Positions 9,824-19,318 of a DNA stretch of 64,000 bases are shown in pieces. A model generated the notes under the pieces. It made no database searches, was not told the DNA's origin, and worked only from the letters and a program-made list of their open reading frames with translations. The DNA lies in assembly GCA_963762565.1 (NCBI GenBank), contig CAVXLD010000001.1:320001-384000 (forward strand), written 5' to 3'. The DNA comes from an uncultured Verrucomicrobiae bacterium. Its GTDB lineage: Bacteria > Verrucomicrobiota > Verrucomicrobiia > Chthoniobacterales > JAFAMB01. A program made the translations under genes and the position numbers. Each line of letters begins with the position of its first letter. Positions within the stretch are counted from its first letter, which is position 1.

Positions 9824-9980
9824 GTTTTTGTTCCCGCCACTTCATTTAGAAAACGACGGTCTCACTCGGTACAGATGGAAATCACCGGGTAAGTTTCAGA
9901 AAAGATGGGAATGAAGTCCTCAGGAAGAGGAATCTCAGGCTAAGCAGACTTCGTCAGGCAAGCCGCCGGAAATCCGCGGG

Positions 9981-10180
9981 GGCGGAGCCGTGGAGCGCGC
10001 CTCGCTTGCGAGGCCGTGGTGAGCAAGGCTAAGGATAGGGCAGACTCACCGCTATGCCGCGCTCTTGAGCTTGAAGAAACACAGGCCCTAACATAGAGCG
10101 CTGACAGAACTTAGGTGTGCACCGCGATGTTCCCTTGCGTACCACGGCCTCGCAAGCGAGGCACGCTCCACGGCTGCGCC
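9981..10180. repeat. 48-bp inverted repeat pair (REP-doublet/MITE-like)
   Basis: 9981-10028 vs 10133-10180, 44/48 identical as reverse complements, each with internal hairpin gcctcgc-ttg/aag-cgaggc. Confidence 0.85.
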
Positions 10181-10231
10181 TCTCACTAGTCACCTCCGCC
10201 CCAAGAGCCCAGCCTACTGCGTCCTGCTTTA

Positions 10232-10260
10232 TTGACAGCAATATCCTACAATACTACATC
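10232..10260 (+). promoter_or_regulatory. Probable sigma70 promoter of the TA operon (near-leaderless)
   Basis: Perfect TTGACA at 10232-10237; weak -10 (TACATC) 17 bp downstream; ATG at 10267. Confidence 0.4.
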
Positions 10261-10266
10261 TCTAGT

Positions 10267-10485
10267 ATGAAAGTGACCGTCGAAGTGTCGGAAGAGGAGC
10301 TTAAGGATATCCTAAAAGCAACCCGCGAAAAAAGGAAAGGCGCCGCGATTCGCCAACTGGCATTAGAAGCCCTGATGCTCAAGAAACGACGAGAACTGCT
10401 CGACGAGGTCGAGGCCGGTAAATGGAGCGTTGATCTTCCACCCATCGAACGGTTGCGAGAAGACCGAAATTTATGGCGGTCATAA
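10267..10485 (+). CDS. vapB: Type II antitoxin, VapB/DUF2191-like (RHH)
   Basis: 72 aa, MKVTVEVSEE ribbon-helix-helix-like start; overlaps the downstream PIN gene. Confidence 0.75.
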   Translation: MKVTVEVSEEELKDILKATREKRKGAAIRQLALEALMLKKRRELLDEVEAGKWSVDLPPIERLREDRNLWRS

Positions 10486-10877
10486 TCGACTCCTCGGTTT
10501 GGGTCGACTGCGTTAGAACGGGTAGTCCGGAGCCCCTAAGGAGGCAAACCAAAGCGATCATCATGGGGCCGGACAGTTTCCTGTGTGAACCGGTCTTGTT
10601 CGAATTGTTGCGGGCTGTGCCCAAGCGGAATCGGGCGCGCACGGAGGCCTTGGTAGCCACCGTTCCGATATTATCGACCCCCGCCGATCTCTGGATCTCT
10701 GCGCGGATCCTTGGTCAGAAGTGTATCGATGCCGGTTCGCTACCGCCGGCGATTGATCTCTTGATTGCGCAAATCGGATTGCATCATAACGTGCCAATCA
10801 CGACGTTTGACAGTCACTTTCAACAGATCGCTAAAGTCAGCTCGCTCCAGGTCAATTTTTTGATGCGCGCGAAGTAA
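10473..10877 (+). CDS. vapC: PIN-domain toxin
   Basis: IIDSSVWVD, FELL, IDLLIA, TFDSHF acidic PIN motifs. Confidence 0.9.
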   Translation: MAVIIDSSVWVDCVRTGSPEPLRRQTKAIIMGPDSFLCEPVLFELLRAVPKRNRARTEALVATVPILSTPADLWISARILGQKCIDAGSLPPAIDLLIAQIGLHHNVPITTFDSHFQQIAKVSSLQVNFLMRAK

Positions 10878-10991
10878 GCAAGACTGACTAATCACCCCGC
10901 TGCCGCCTTATTCTCCCAATTCCTTGTTCACCAGATCGAGGTCCTTTCCCACCCTCTGCGTCCGCTGCGACCTTTGCGCGAGGCTTTAGAC

Positions 10992-12707
10992 TCACTCCTG
11001 CCCTAACTCTTTCTTCACCAACTCGAGATCGGTTTTCCAGGTTGGACTGTGACCATGAAGCCGGATCAGATTCGTCAGAATGTCGAGACTGGCCTGAAAA
11101 TTTTGTCGAGCAGCGTTGCTGTCCCCTTGCTGCTTAAACAAGCTCCCCAGATCCTTATAAGAGTTCGCCAAAAAGAGTTGCGCATCGCTGCTACCCGGTT
11201 CTTTTTTGGTGAGTTTTTGTGCCACCTCCAGCGCCCACTGATATTCGGTCCTGGCGGTGTTTAAATCCCCTTGCGCCGTCAATATGTCGCCGAGTTTCCC
11301 ATAAATTTGCAACAAATACTGTTGCAAATAGCCGTTGCTCGGGTCCTGCTTAACTAGTCTCTCCACTATCTCCAGTGCATTCAGGTATTGGACTTTGGCG
11401 CCTGGCAAATCATCTTCCTTTCTTAGCACCTCCCCAACATTGCTATAGCTGACCGCCAAGTCTGCTTGCCATTCGCTGTTGTCGGGATCCTGCTTGACCA
11501 GTTTTTGAATGACCTCGAGTTCGCCCTGATAATTCGCCCGGGCGGCGTTCAAATCCCCTAGGGCTTCGAATACAGTACCGAGCCTGTTATACGGGAACGT
11601 CAAATCTCGCTGCACATCGCTGTTTCTGGGATCTTGCTTGGCCCGTTTCTGGGTTATCTACAGTCCACGCTGGAATTGGGCCTTGGCGCCGTTTAGGTCC
11701 CCTTGCGCCTTCAACAGGTCGCCGAGTTTGCCATAAACCAGCCCAAGATCGCGTTGCCAAAGGCTATTGCTCGGATCCTGGTTAGCCACTTTCAGCGCGA
11801 TCTCCAGCGAGCTCTGGAATTGGCTGTTGGCGCCCCTCAAATCCCCTTGGGCGAGCAAAACCGTGCCGAGGCGATTATAACTGGCTACCAGGTCGTGCTG
11901 CCAAAGGCTGTTGCTCGGGTCCCGGGTGGCTAGTTTTAGCGCGATCTCCAACGCCGGCTGACTGTGCGCCTTCGCTCCGGTCAAATCTCCTTGGAGATAC
12001 TCAACCAGGCCGAGCCTACCATGGATGACCGATAAATTTCGTTGCCAGGTGGTGTCCGCCGGAGCCTGCTTCACCACCTTCTCCGCGGCTTCCAGGCTTT
12101 GCTGGAACTTCGATTTAGCGCCGTTGAGATCACCTTGCGCCTGGAGGCGATCACCTTCCGACCTCAGGAGGGTTGCCCAATTGTTCAGGGCGTTGGGGTC
12201 CTCTTGGCTGAAACCTAAATTCTTATAGTAGGTTTCAACTTGCTTCTGCACGTCCTCGATAATATCGAGATGCCCAATCGGCTTCAGCTTGTCATTGAGC
12301 TGATTCAGCAAATAGTTGAGGATCCCTTCAGCGCTACTCCTGGCGGAAACGGCTCGGGTCTCACTTTGCACGGCTGCTCGCCATTCCCAGACTGCCGCTC
12401 CTGCTACCGTTGTGAGTGCCGCTATCACTCCGGCCACAATTAGCCGCCGTCGCCGGAGACCTCGTGCGACTATTGCTCGCGAAACTAGGATGTAGCTCCT
12501 TTCCTCTGGTTCCAGGCTTGACTCGTAATTCCTTAGAAGATCCTCAGCTTCGGCTAAGGGCCGGCCCGGAGCGAGTAGATAGTCACTCTGCCGGTTACAT
12601 TCCACCCATCTAGCCATTGCTTCTCCGACCCGAGCTCGGACCCGCAAAAAGTCGCGATTCTCTTTTTCCCAGCGATTGATCTCCGGCCAGACCCGGAACA
12701 AGGCTTT
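10992..12707 (-). pseudogene. 5'-truncated nSTAND1-type NTPase/TM/TPR protein remnant with in-frame TAG at 11658-11660
   Basis: ALFRVWPEINRW..FLRVRARV..W..DYLLAPGRPLAEAEDLL (post-NTPase region), TM helix, many WQRDL..YxxLG TPRs; ORFs 11658-12800 and 10992-11615 are in the same frame. Confidence 0.75.
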
Positions 12708-12805
12708 TCGGCCGCACGAAAGAACGGGATGAGATCTTGGGGACGCTGCAGGCCCGCTCGATCGAAGAGAATAAGCCGTTTCAAGTAGGAACTGGAGCAA
12801 AGACC

Positions 12806-13306
12806 AGCATCAGCTCCACGGGTGCTCTGACCGCGATCTCTGGTTCCCCTTTGCAACGGGTACATCCCCTGTTGCGGTTGCGGCGATCCCTACGACTCGG
12901 TTCACTTACGTGGTCAATGAAAGCGCTAATACAGTTTCCGGCTACAGCATTGGTTTTGATGGTGCACTGACCGCGATCTCTGGTTCGCCTTTCGCAACGG
13001 GAAGCGGACCGATTGCAATTCGCTTACGTGACAGACCGCACTCTTAACACGGTTTGGGGCTACAGCATCGCCTTGAATGGTGCTCTGAAACCGGTCACGG
13101 GTTCGCCCTTTGCAACAGGGAGATTACCCTATTGGGTGGCAGTCGACCCCAGCGCGGAGTTTGTTTACGTCGCAAACCAGACGGATAACACAGTATCCGC
13201 CTACAAAATCGGCTCCAAGGGTGGTCTGACCGCCGTTCCAGGATCTCCATTTGCAGCGGGAAACATTCCCACAGGAGTGACTGTTACCCAAAAGACGAGG
13301 CCGTGA
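12806..13306 (+). pseudogene. Lactonase-like beta-propeller remnant (GSPFATG repeats), 5'-truncated with two frame breaks
   Basis: GALTAISGSP / FATG..FTYVVN..YSIG..GALTAISGSPFATG / FAYVTD..GSPFATG..GSPFAAG pieces lie in different frames (breaks near 12850 and 13018). Confidence 0.75.
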
Positions 13307-13360
13307 TCTTTGAACGTGGATTCCGGCTGGAACCGAGCATACTGTTCTGGCTCTGCCGCC

Positions 13361-14524
13361 ATGCAAGCGATCACCTTCTCCGCCGCCAAACTCGATACCC
13401 TGCTCGATGAATCCGGCATCGAGGTGCTTTTGGTCACCTCAAAACATAACCTGCAATATTTGTTGGGCGGGTATCGCTATTATTTTTTCGAACATCTGGA
13501 TACGATCGGGTTGGGGCGATACCTGCCGGTACTCGGCTATGTAAAAGGTAACTTGGCTCAATCCTTCTACGTTGGGAGTGGAGATGAAACGTGGGGCATC
13601 GAAGTATTTCCTTTCTGGCCACAACGGATTTCGACCGAAGTCTGGACTTCAACCGAGGCGGCGCAAATCGCCGCTCAGTATGTAAGGTCGCTTGGAATAA
13701 AAGCTCCTAAGATCGGTCTGGAACTTGAGTTCTGGACAGCGAACGGCTGGGAGACATTAAAGGCCCAGCTACCAGAAGCAACTTTTGTGGATAGCACGGA
13801 AGTTCTGGAGGAGCTGCGAGCGGCCAAGACTCCCGAAGAACTCGCCCAATTACGAAAAGCGGCTGCCGCCATTGTCGACTCGATGGTAGCAACATTTCAT
13901 TGGTTACGAGAAGGGATGACAGAGACAGAGATCGTTGAACACTTGCGGATCGAAGAAACGGGTAGAGGTCTCGATTACGGTTTTACCTTAGTTGCCACAG
14001 GTCCAACATTCGGCAGAGGACCCTCAAGTCGAAGGATTGGGAACGGTGAGATAATTTCGATCGATACCGGCGGCCATTGGCACGGCTATCTAGCGGATAT
14101 GGCAAGAATGGGCGTGTTAGGAGAGCCCACTCCGCTGATGAAAGAGTTGTTAGACGAAGTCAGTTCCGTGCAGGCGGCAGCCAGGGTTCCAATCAAAGCG
14201 GGAGCTCTCGGAGGCGGAATCTATGACCACGCTCTGGAAGCTTTAGAATCGTGTCCACATCGGGCGGACATGCATTTTGTTGCCCACGGTATGGGCTTGA
14301 TCCCGCATGAAGCGCCTCGACTCACCGACACCGGCCCAATACCTTATCCGGCTAAACACGCGAAACGGCCTTTGCAGACCGGCATGGTTCTGTCGATTGA
14401 AACCCATGTAAAACACCCTGAGGTCGGGTTCGTGAAGTTGGAGGACACAGTCGCGGTGACTGATTCAGGATGGGAAGCTTTTGGCGATTGGGGACGAGGC
14501 TGGAATCGGCCTGAGGGAACTTAA
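13361..14524 (+). CDS. Xaa-Pro peptidase / M24 family protein
   Basis: Creatinase-like N-domain; DTGG..GYLADMAR, HGMGLIPHEAP, SIET, KLEDTV. Confidence 0.88.
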   Translation: MQAITFSAAKLDTLLDESGIEVLLVTSKHNLQYLLGGYRYYFFEHLDTIGLGRYLPVLGYVKGNLAQSFYVGSGDETWGIEVFPFWPQRISTEVWTSTEAAQIAAQYVRSLGIKAPKIGLELEFWTANGWETLKAQLPEATFVDSTEVLEELRAAKTPEELAQLRKAAAAIVDSMVATFHWLREGMTETEIVEHLRIEETGRGLDYGFTLVATGPTFGRGPSSRRIGNGEIISIDTGGHWHGYLADMARMGVLGEPTPLMKELLDEVSSVQAAARVPIKAGALGGGIYDHALEALESCPHRADMHFVAHGMGLIPHEAPRLTDTGPIPYPAKHAKRPLQTGMVLSIETHVKHPEVGFVKLEDTVAVTDSGWEAFGDWGRGWNRPEGT

Positions 14525-14577
14525 CCGCAGATTAACGCGGATAGACCCTTGGAGGACGTGCCATCGTTCTCGCAGTA

Positions 14578-14774
14578 AATCGTTCTCGTCCTCGTCGTCG
14601 TCCTCGATATTAACCGCGCAGCTCCCGGCAGCTGGAAACCAAAAACCGAGTCGATCAGAGCCCAGTCCGAATTTTCCGGGAGCACACATCACAGGTATAA
14701 CGGCGCCACCTATGAAGGACGACGACGAGGACGGCCTGCCGCGCCGTAGGCTTGGCGGAGGCGGGAGAACGATT
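14578..14774. repeat. 27-bp inverted repeat whose right arm is split by a 32-nt insertion (14734-14765)
   Basis: 14716-14733 joined to 14766-14774 is the exact reverse complement of 14578-14604. Confidence 0.9.
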
Positions 14775-14920
14775 GATCAAGTCGCACAGGGCCGGATCCC
14801 GCAAACCGTACAGGTCCGGTTCTCGTTTCGAACAGCAATTGCGGCAACTGGGACAAATAGAGGTCGACCGGCCAATCCTAGAGTCTATTGGCACCGTCTG
14901 TTAATCCATGTTTTCTCTTT

Positions 14921-15661
14921 ATGACAAACAAAACGTTTCTCATTACTGGTGGAACTACCGGGATCGGTCTGGCCACAGCTCAACTCCTAAGCGCCGAAGG
15001 GGCGAAGGTCATCGTCACCGGGCGCAATCCCGAAACTCTCGCTTCCGCTAAGAAGGTTCTCAACGGCGTAACCGTACATCCTTCGGACGCCGGCGACCTA
15101 GCCGCCGCACAGGCGCTGGGTGAAGAGGTCAAAAAATATGTGGGTCATCTCGACGGAGCTTTCCTGAATGCGGGCGTCGGGGATTTCAAACCAATTGAGG
15201 CGGTAACGCCTAAGGACTATGACGACATGTTCAATGTGAACGTACGAGGTCTTTACTTCCAGCTTCAATCGCTGCTACCGGTATTGGGCAATCCGAGCTC
15301 CGTCGTATTCAACGCCTCCATCGCAGGTTCTACCGCCTTTGCCATGGCGTCGATCTATTCGGCAACGAAGGCTGCGGTCATCTCTCTTGGCAGGACCCTA
15401 GCGGTCGAGTTAGCCCAACGCGGCTTGCGGGTCAACGTGCTGAGCCCGGGACCGATTGACACCCCGATTGCAAAGAAAAGCGGCCTTCCTCCTGACCAGG
15501 CGAACGGGGTTGTGGAAATGCTGGTTGCCAGGTCGCTCTCGAAGCGGATCGGTACATCCGACGAAGTGGCCCGGGCTGCAAGATTCCTACTCTCGGAGGA
15601 TTCGAGCAACATTACCGGCACGGAGTTGATCATCGACGGCGGTGTTAGCCTCGCAAAGTAA
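14921..15661 (+). CDS. SDR family oxidoreductase
   Basis: TGGTTGIG, NAG, YSATK, RVNVLSPG, IDGG. Confidence 0.95.
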   Translation: MTNKTFLITGGTTGIGLATAQLLSAEGAKVIVTGRNPETLASAKKVLNGVTVHPSDAGDLAAAQALGEEVKKYVGHLDGAFLNAGVGDFKPIEAVTPKDYDDMFNVNVRGLYFQLQSLLPVLGNPSSVVFNASIAGSTAFAMASIYSATKAAVISLGRTLAVELAQRGLRVNVLSPGPIDTPIAKKSGLPPDQANGVVEMLVARSLSKRIGTSDEVARAARFLLSEDSSNITGTELIIDGGVSLAK

Positions 15662-15820
15662 CGTTCACCGCCTGGGCCAGCCGAAATTAACCGTAGAATC
15701 CGGTGACGCTTCCACAGTGTGTTTGCTAGCCGGATAAGAACGATTGGGCTGGGTGCTAGAAGCGCTTTCGGCGCTTTCGCTCAACACCCTGGAAAACAGT
15801 TAGAATAACAACTGAACACG

Positions 15821-16207
15821 TCACCATAGCAGCTTTACTTTGTAGCGACGAAACACCGGATCGGGAGTGACGATTCTGAGATCATGAACCGCTGATTGCG
15901 CTAGTAGCAAACGATCAAATGGATCTTTGTGATACACCGGTAGATCTGATGTGCGGTGAATGGTTTCAAGATCAATCGGCCAATCCGTTACTTGGCGCGC
16001 AGAGAGCTGTTGAGCGATCCACGAGCGCGGTTTCTCTGGCAGAACAAGCTTCCCCGCCAGGGATTTCATATGGATCTCCCAGGCGCTCGCGTGGCTCAAG
16101 AATAATTCAGAACTCACATCCGATAGCGCTTTACGCGCTCGAGTACTCAATTTATCGGGATCGGCAGCCAGCCAGATGAAGGTACAAGTATCTAGCAGAA
16201 GTCGCAT
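15821..16207 (-). CDS. vapC: PIN-domain toxin
   Basis: LLLDTCTFIW, SAWEI, HKDPFDRLL, TPD. Confidence 0.92.
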   Translation of the reverse strand: MRLLLDTCTFIWLAADPDKLSTRARKALSDVSSELFLSHASAWEIHMKSLAGKLVLPEKPRSWIAQQLSARQVTDWPIDLETIHRTSDLPVYHKDPFDRLLLAQSAVHDLRIVTPDPVFRRYKVKLLW

Positions 16208-16447
16208 TCACACGCCCCACTCTCGCAATTCTTCATCAGTCAAAGGCGCGAAACAATCGTCCGAGTAATGGACCGGTTTCGACGTGATAATGCCGGCAGT
16301 TGGCCGTTTTTTATCATTTCGCTGCAGGCCGACCAAGCGAGCAACCGGTTCCTTATCCCGGTACAACACAACTTCCTTACCCGATTCCACTTCTGTAATC
16401 AGCTTTGAAAGGTGCGTTTTGGCTTCATGGATCGTGGCTTTGATCAC
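16208..16447 (-). CDS. Phd/YefM-family antitoxin
   Basis: TIHEAKTHLSKLI..GKEVVL..PVARLV; abuts the vapC start. Confidence 0.9.
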   Translation of the reverse strand: MIKATIHEAKTHLSKLITEVESGKEVVLYRDKEPVARLVGLQRNDKKRPTAGIITSKPVHYSDDCFAPLTDEELREWGV

Positions 16448-16488
16448 ACCGCAGTATGAATCGGAACCTAAGGTTAGTCAATGGTTAG

Positions 16489-17259
16489 CTAAGCAGCTAT
16501 CAATGTCTCCGTTGCCGCCCGAGCGCGGGCCTCGATTTCCCGTTGGGCCGGCGCCTCCCTTACCCTCAGCAAAAGCCGGATCAGGAGATCACCCCAAAGC
16601 ACCGAAAGATAGCGGGCTGCCAGCGCTGTTGGATCGGCGGCAAGGATTAACCCTCGGGCTTGAGCTTTTCTGATCAGTTCGGTGAGCGCTTTTTGGTTAC
16701 CCTCCCGACCAACGCTATCAAGTGTCCGACCAATCTCAGGCGCCAGATCGGATTCTGAGATCGCGAGCCGGAAAACCGTTAACACCTCGGGTTGGCACGC
16801 TATTTTCAAGATTGATGCGCCGACCTCAACGAGCAAGGCGGCGAGCTCATCCTGGGTTTGCGCCGCAGCAGCCGGAGTGTCCAAAGGCCGGCGCATCTGT
16901 TGGCAGCGTTCGTTGATGCAGGCTGCTAAGACGGCATGTTTATTATTGAACAGAGCATAAAGGTCACGTTTAGAAATTCGGGCTCGCGTGACAATGTCCA
17001 GCATGCTGGTGCTGGAAAAGCCGTTCTGACTGAAAAGGGTAAACGCCGCCCTGAGGACGCGATCGCGGACGGAGGTGGAGACGTCTTTGGACTGAGTCTT
17101 GGACGCAGGTGCGTTTGCGATCAGCCCTTTCTCGACAGCAGGTTTCTGCACTCCTGCAACTCCCGCCCGCAACGCTCCCGCCGCGGCGGATGCGGGCGGG
17201 CCTTGAACTCCGGAACTCCTTCTTTCTATGTGACGCTTAGGTTTTTTAGTTTCTGACAT
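16489..17259 (-). CDS. TetR/AcrR family regulator with a repeat-derived N-terminal extension
   Basis: RVLRAAFTLF..GFSSTSMLDIVTRARISKRDLYALFNNK HTH; TetR_C-like C-terminus. Confidence 0.88.
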   Translation of the reverse strand: MSETKKPKRHIERRSSGVQGPPASAAAGALRAGVAGVQKPAVEKGLIANAPASKTQSKDVSTSVRDRVLRAAFTLFSQNGFSSTSMLDIVTRARISKRDLYALFNNKHAVLAACINERCQQMRRPLDTPAAAAQTQDELAALLVEVGASILKIACQPEVLTVFRLAISESDLAPEIGRTLDSVGREGNQKALTELIRKAQARGLILAADPTALAARYLSVLWGDLLIRLLLRVREAPAQREIEARARAATETLIAA

Positions 17260-17273
17260 TTTCACTTGCTTTT

Positions 17274-17322
17274 GGTACGATACTGTACCATTCATCGAGA
17301 GTTAACGGTACGATATCGTACC
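17274..17322. promoter_or_regulatory. Two 16-bp TetR operator-like palindromes
   Basis: GGTACGATACTGTACC (17274-17289) and perfect palindrome GGTACGATATCGTACC (17307-17322) between divergent tetR and target genes. Confidence 0.85.
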
Positions 17323-17354
17323 TACGACCGATTTGCTACTCCTCTTTTCTTATC

Positions 17355-18167
17355 ATGATTAACTCCACAATTCTCCTAACCCGCGCAACCGGAATAACCG
17401 GCGCGACTTTGGCCTCAGGTCCGTATTTCTGGTTGTTATCCTCTTATCTCGTCGCCGCCAACATCGTGATCACACTCGTTCTTCTATTCGGGGTGCGAAT
17501 TGCCTTGCTGAAACAAGGCAAAACCAAGTTCGAGGTACTCCCGATCATTTCGGCTCTCGGTACCGTTCTCATCGCTTGGTACGCTCTGGTACTCTTCTTG
17601 GCCTGCCAGGGAGTCTTCACCTCCGCCCTAAATCAGCAGGTACCCTTAATCGGTTTCGCGATTGGAATTCCGATCATCATTGGTGCTGTGCTGATGACAA
17701 CGTTACGATCCGTCCGCGAGATCATCGCTGCCGTACCTCAGAGCTGGCTGGTGAGGTTCCAATTCTACCGGGTGCTCGGCGTCGTCTTCGTTATCCTGTA
17801 TATGGCGGGTCAATTGCCGGCCATTTTTGGAGTGCCGGCCGGCTACGGTGATGTCCTGGTTGGGGTGACCGCTTTGTTTGTGGGCGCCGCCCAAGCACGC
17901 AGTCTGGCCGCGCGGAATCAGCTGGTCGTGCTGTGGAACTGGTTTGGGCTCGCTGACTTCGTTGTCGCCGTAACCACCGGATTTCTCAGTGCCCCCACCC
18001 GTTTCCAGATTTTCTCACTCGACGCACCCAATACCCTCATCGGTTCGTTTCCGCTCGTGTTGATCCCAATCTATGCGGTGCCGTTGTCCGTGCTTCTTCA
18101 TATAGCATCCCTGACCAAGGTAGCTAAAGCTCACCGGACAGGTGTTGAGAACATGGTGACCGCCTGA
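17355..18167 (+). CDS. Integral membrane protein (about 7 TM), unknown function
   Basis: Hydrophobic segments; QFYRVLG, PAGYGD, WNWFGLAD, FPLVLIP..VP..LH. Confidence 0.8.
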   Translation: MINSTILLTRATGITGATLASGPYFWLLSSYLVAANIVITLVLLFGVRIALLKQGKTKFEVLPIISALGTVLIAWYALVLFLACQGVFTSALNQQVPLIGFAIGIPIIIGAVLMTTLRSVREIIAAVPQSWLVRFQFYRVLGVVFVILYMAGQLPAIFGVPAGYGDVLVGVTALFVGAAQARSLAARNQLVVLWNWFGLADFVVAVTTGFLSAPTRFQIFSLDAPNTLIGSFPLVLIPIYAVPLSVLLHIASLTKVAKAHRTGVENMVTA

Positions 18168-18208
18168 AAGCTCACGCTCTGCGAATTATTACTCGAATTC
18201 TTTTCGCC

Positions 18209-19318
18209 ATGACTAAGCCAAAAATCCTTGTCACCGGTGCAACCGGAAAAACCGGCGGCGCCGTTGTCAGTCAACTGCTGGCCAGCGGTTGGCCAGTACG
18301 AGCCATCGTCCGCGTGCGAGACGCACGTAGCGAGCGGTTGCAGCGCCGCGGCGCGGAGATCGTCGTTGCCGACATTTTCGATCCCGGTCAGCTGATGGAT
18401 GCCATGCGCGGTGCGCAGCGAGCCTACTATTGTCCGCCTTATCATCCCTTCGTGATCCAGAGTGCGTCAGCATTTGCGGCCGCCGCGCGAGAGACGGGCC
18501 TCGAACAGATTGTCGGGCTTTCGCAATGGCTCGCTGGACCCAATCACCCGGCACTAATGTCACGTCAGCTTTGGCTGATCGACCGCATGTTCGGGGCGCT
18601 TCCGGGCATCGCTCACACCGTTGTAAATCCCGGCTTCTTCGCGGACAGCCCGTATCTGGAAATGATGCCGTTCGCAGCCCAGCTCGGAGTGTTGCCGTTG
18701 CCAGGCGCTGCGGAAAGCCGCAACGCCCCGCCCTCGGTCGACGATATTGCCCGCGTTGTGGTCGCTACGCTCCTCGATCCAGCCCGTCATGCCGGGAAGA
18801 GCTACCGCCCGACCGGGCCGAAATTGCTCACCGGTACCGAAATGGCCACGGTCATCGGCCGCGTTGTGGGCCACAAAGTTCGACACGTGAGGACGCCGCT
18901 CTGGATGTTCTACAAAGGGGCCAAGGCACTAGGCATGCAGCCAATCCTGCTCAGCGGCTTGCGGTATTGGCTCCAAGACAATGACCGTGGCGCGTTTGCC
19001 GTCGGCGCACCTAACGATACGGTACGCGAGCTCACCGGCAAGGAAGCCGAAGACTTCGAAACCATCGCCAGGCGCCACGCCGCATTGCCAGCATCACGTC
19101 AGAGCTTCAGCGCGCGGCTCGCCGCCTGGGCGCGCTTCATGGCACTGCCGACGATGCCTGGGTTTAATCCCGGAGCCTACGATCGGGCGCAAGAACACCC
19201 CGTACCGCCCACGCCCCATCTTGCGCTCGACGATACCGACTGGCGAGCGAGCCATCGCACCGAGAGTTCGATCGCCGGAATCATTGGGGGCGAGCTTCAG
19301 GCGAGCGCACATGGCTAG
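18209..19318 (+). CDS. NmrA-like NAD(P)-binding protein
   Basis: ILVTGATGKTG; atypical SDR layout. Confidence 0.88.
   Translation: MTKPKILVTGATGKTGGAVVSQLLASGWPVRAIVRVRDARSERLQRRGAEIVVADIFDPGQLMDAMRGAQRAYYCPPYHPFVIQSASAFAAAARETGLEQIVGLSQWLAGPNHPALMSRQLWLIDRMFGALPGIAHTVVNPGFFADSPYLEMMPFAAQLGVLPLPGAAESRNAPPSVDDIARVVVATLLDPARHAGKSYRPTGPKLLTGTEMATVIGRVVGHKVRHVRTPLWMFYKGAKALGMQPILLSGLRYWLQDNDRGAFAVGAPNDTVRELTGKEAEDFETIARRHAALPASRQSFSARLAAWARFMALPTMPGFNPGAYDRAQEHPVPPTPHLALDDTDWRASHRTESSIAGIIGGELQASAHG

Noticed and set aside
11658..11660. In-frame TAG as pyrrolysine or stop-codon recoding
   Set aside because: Many intact genes here end in TAG, no pyl genes are seen, and the gene is also 5'-truncated; a simple nonsense mutation is more likely
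14481..14924. 147-aa ORF with poly-Ser and acidic runs
   Set aside because: Low-complexity translation of the GACGAG repeat pair
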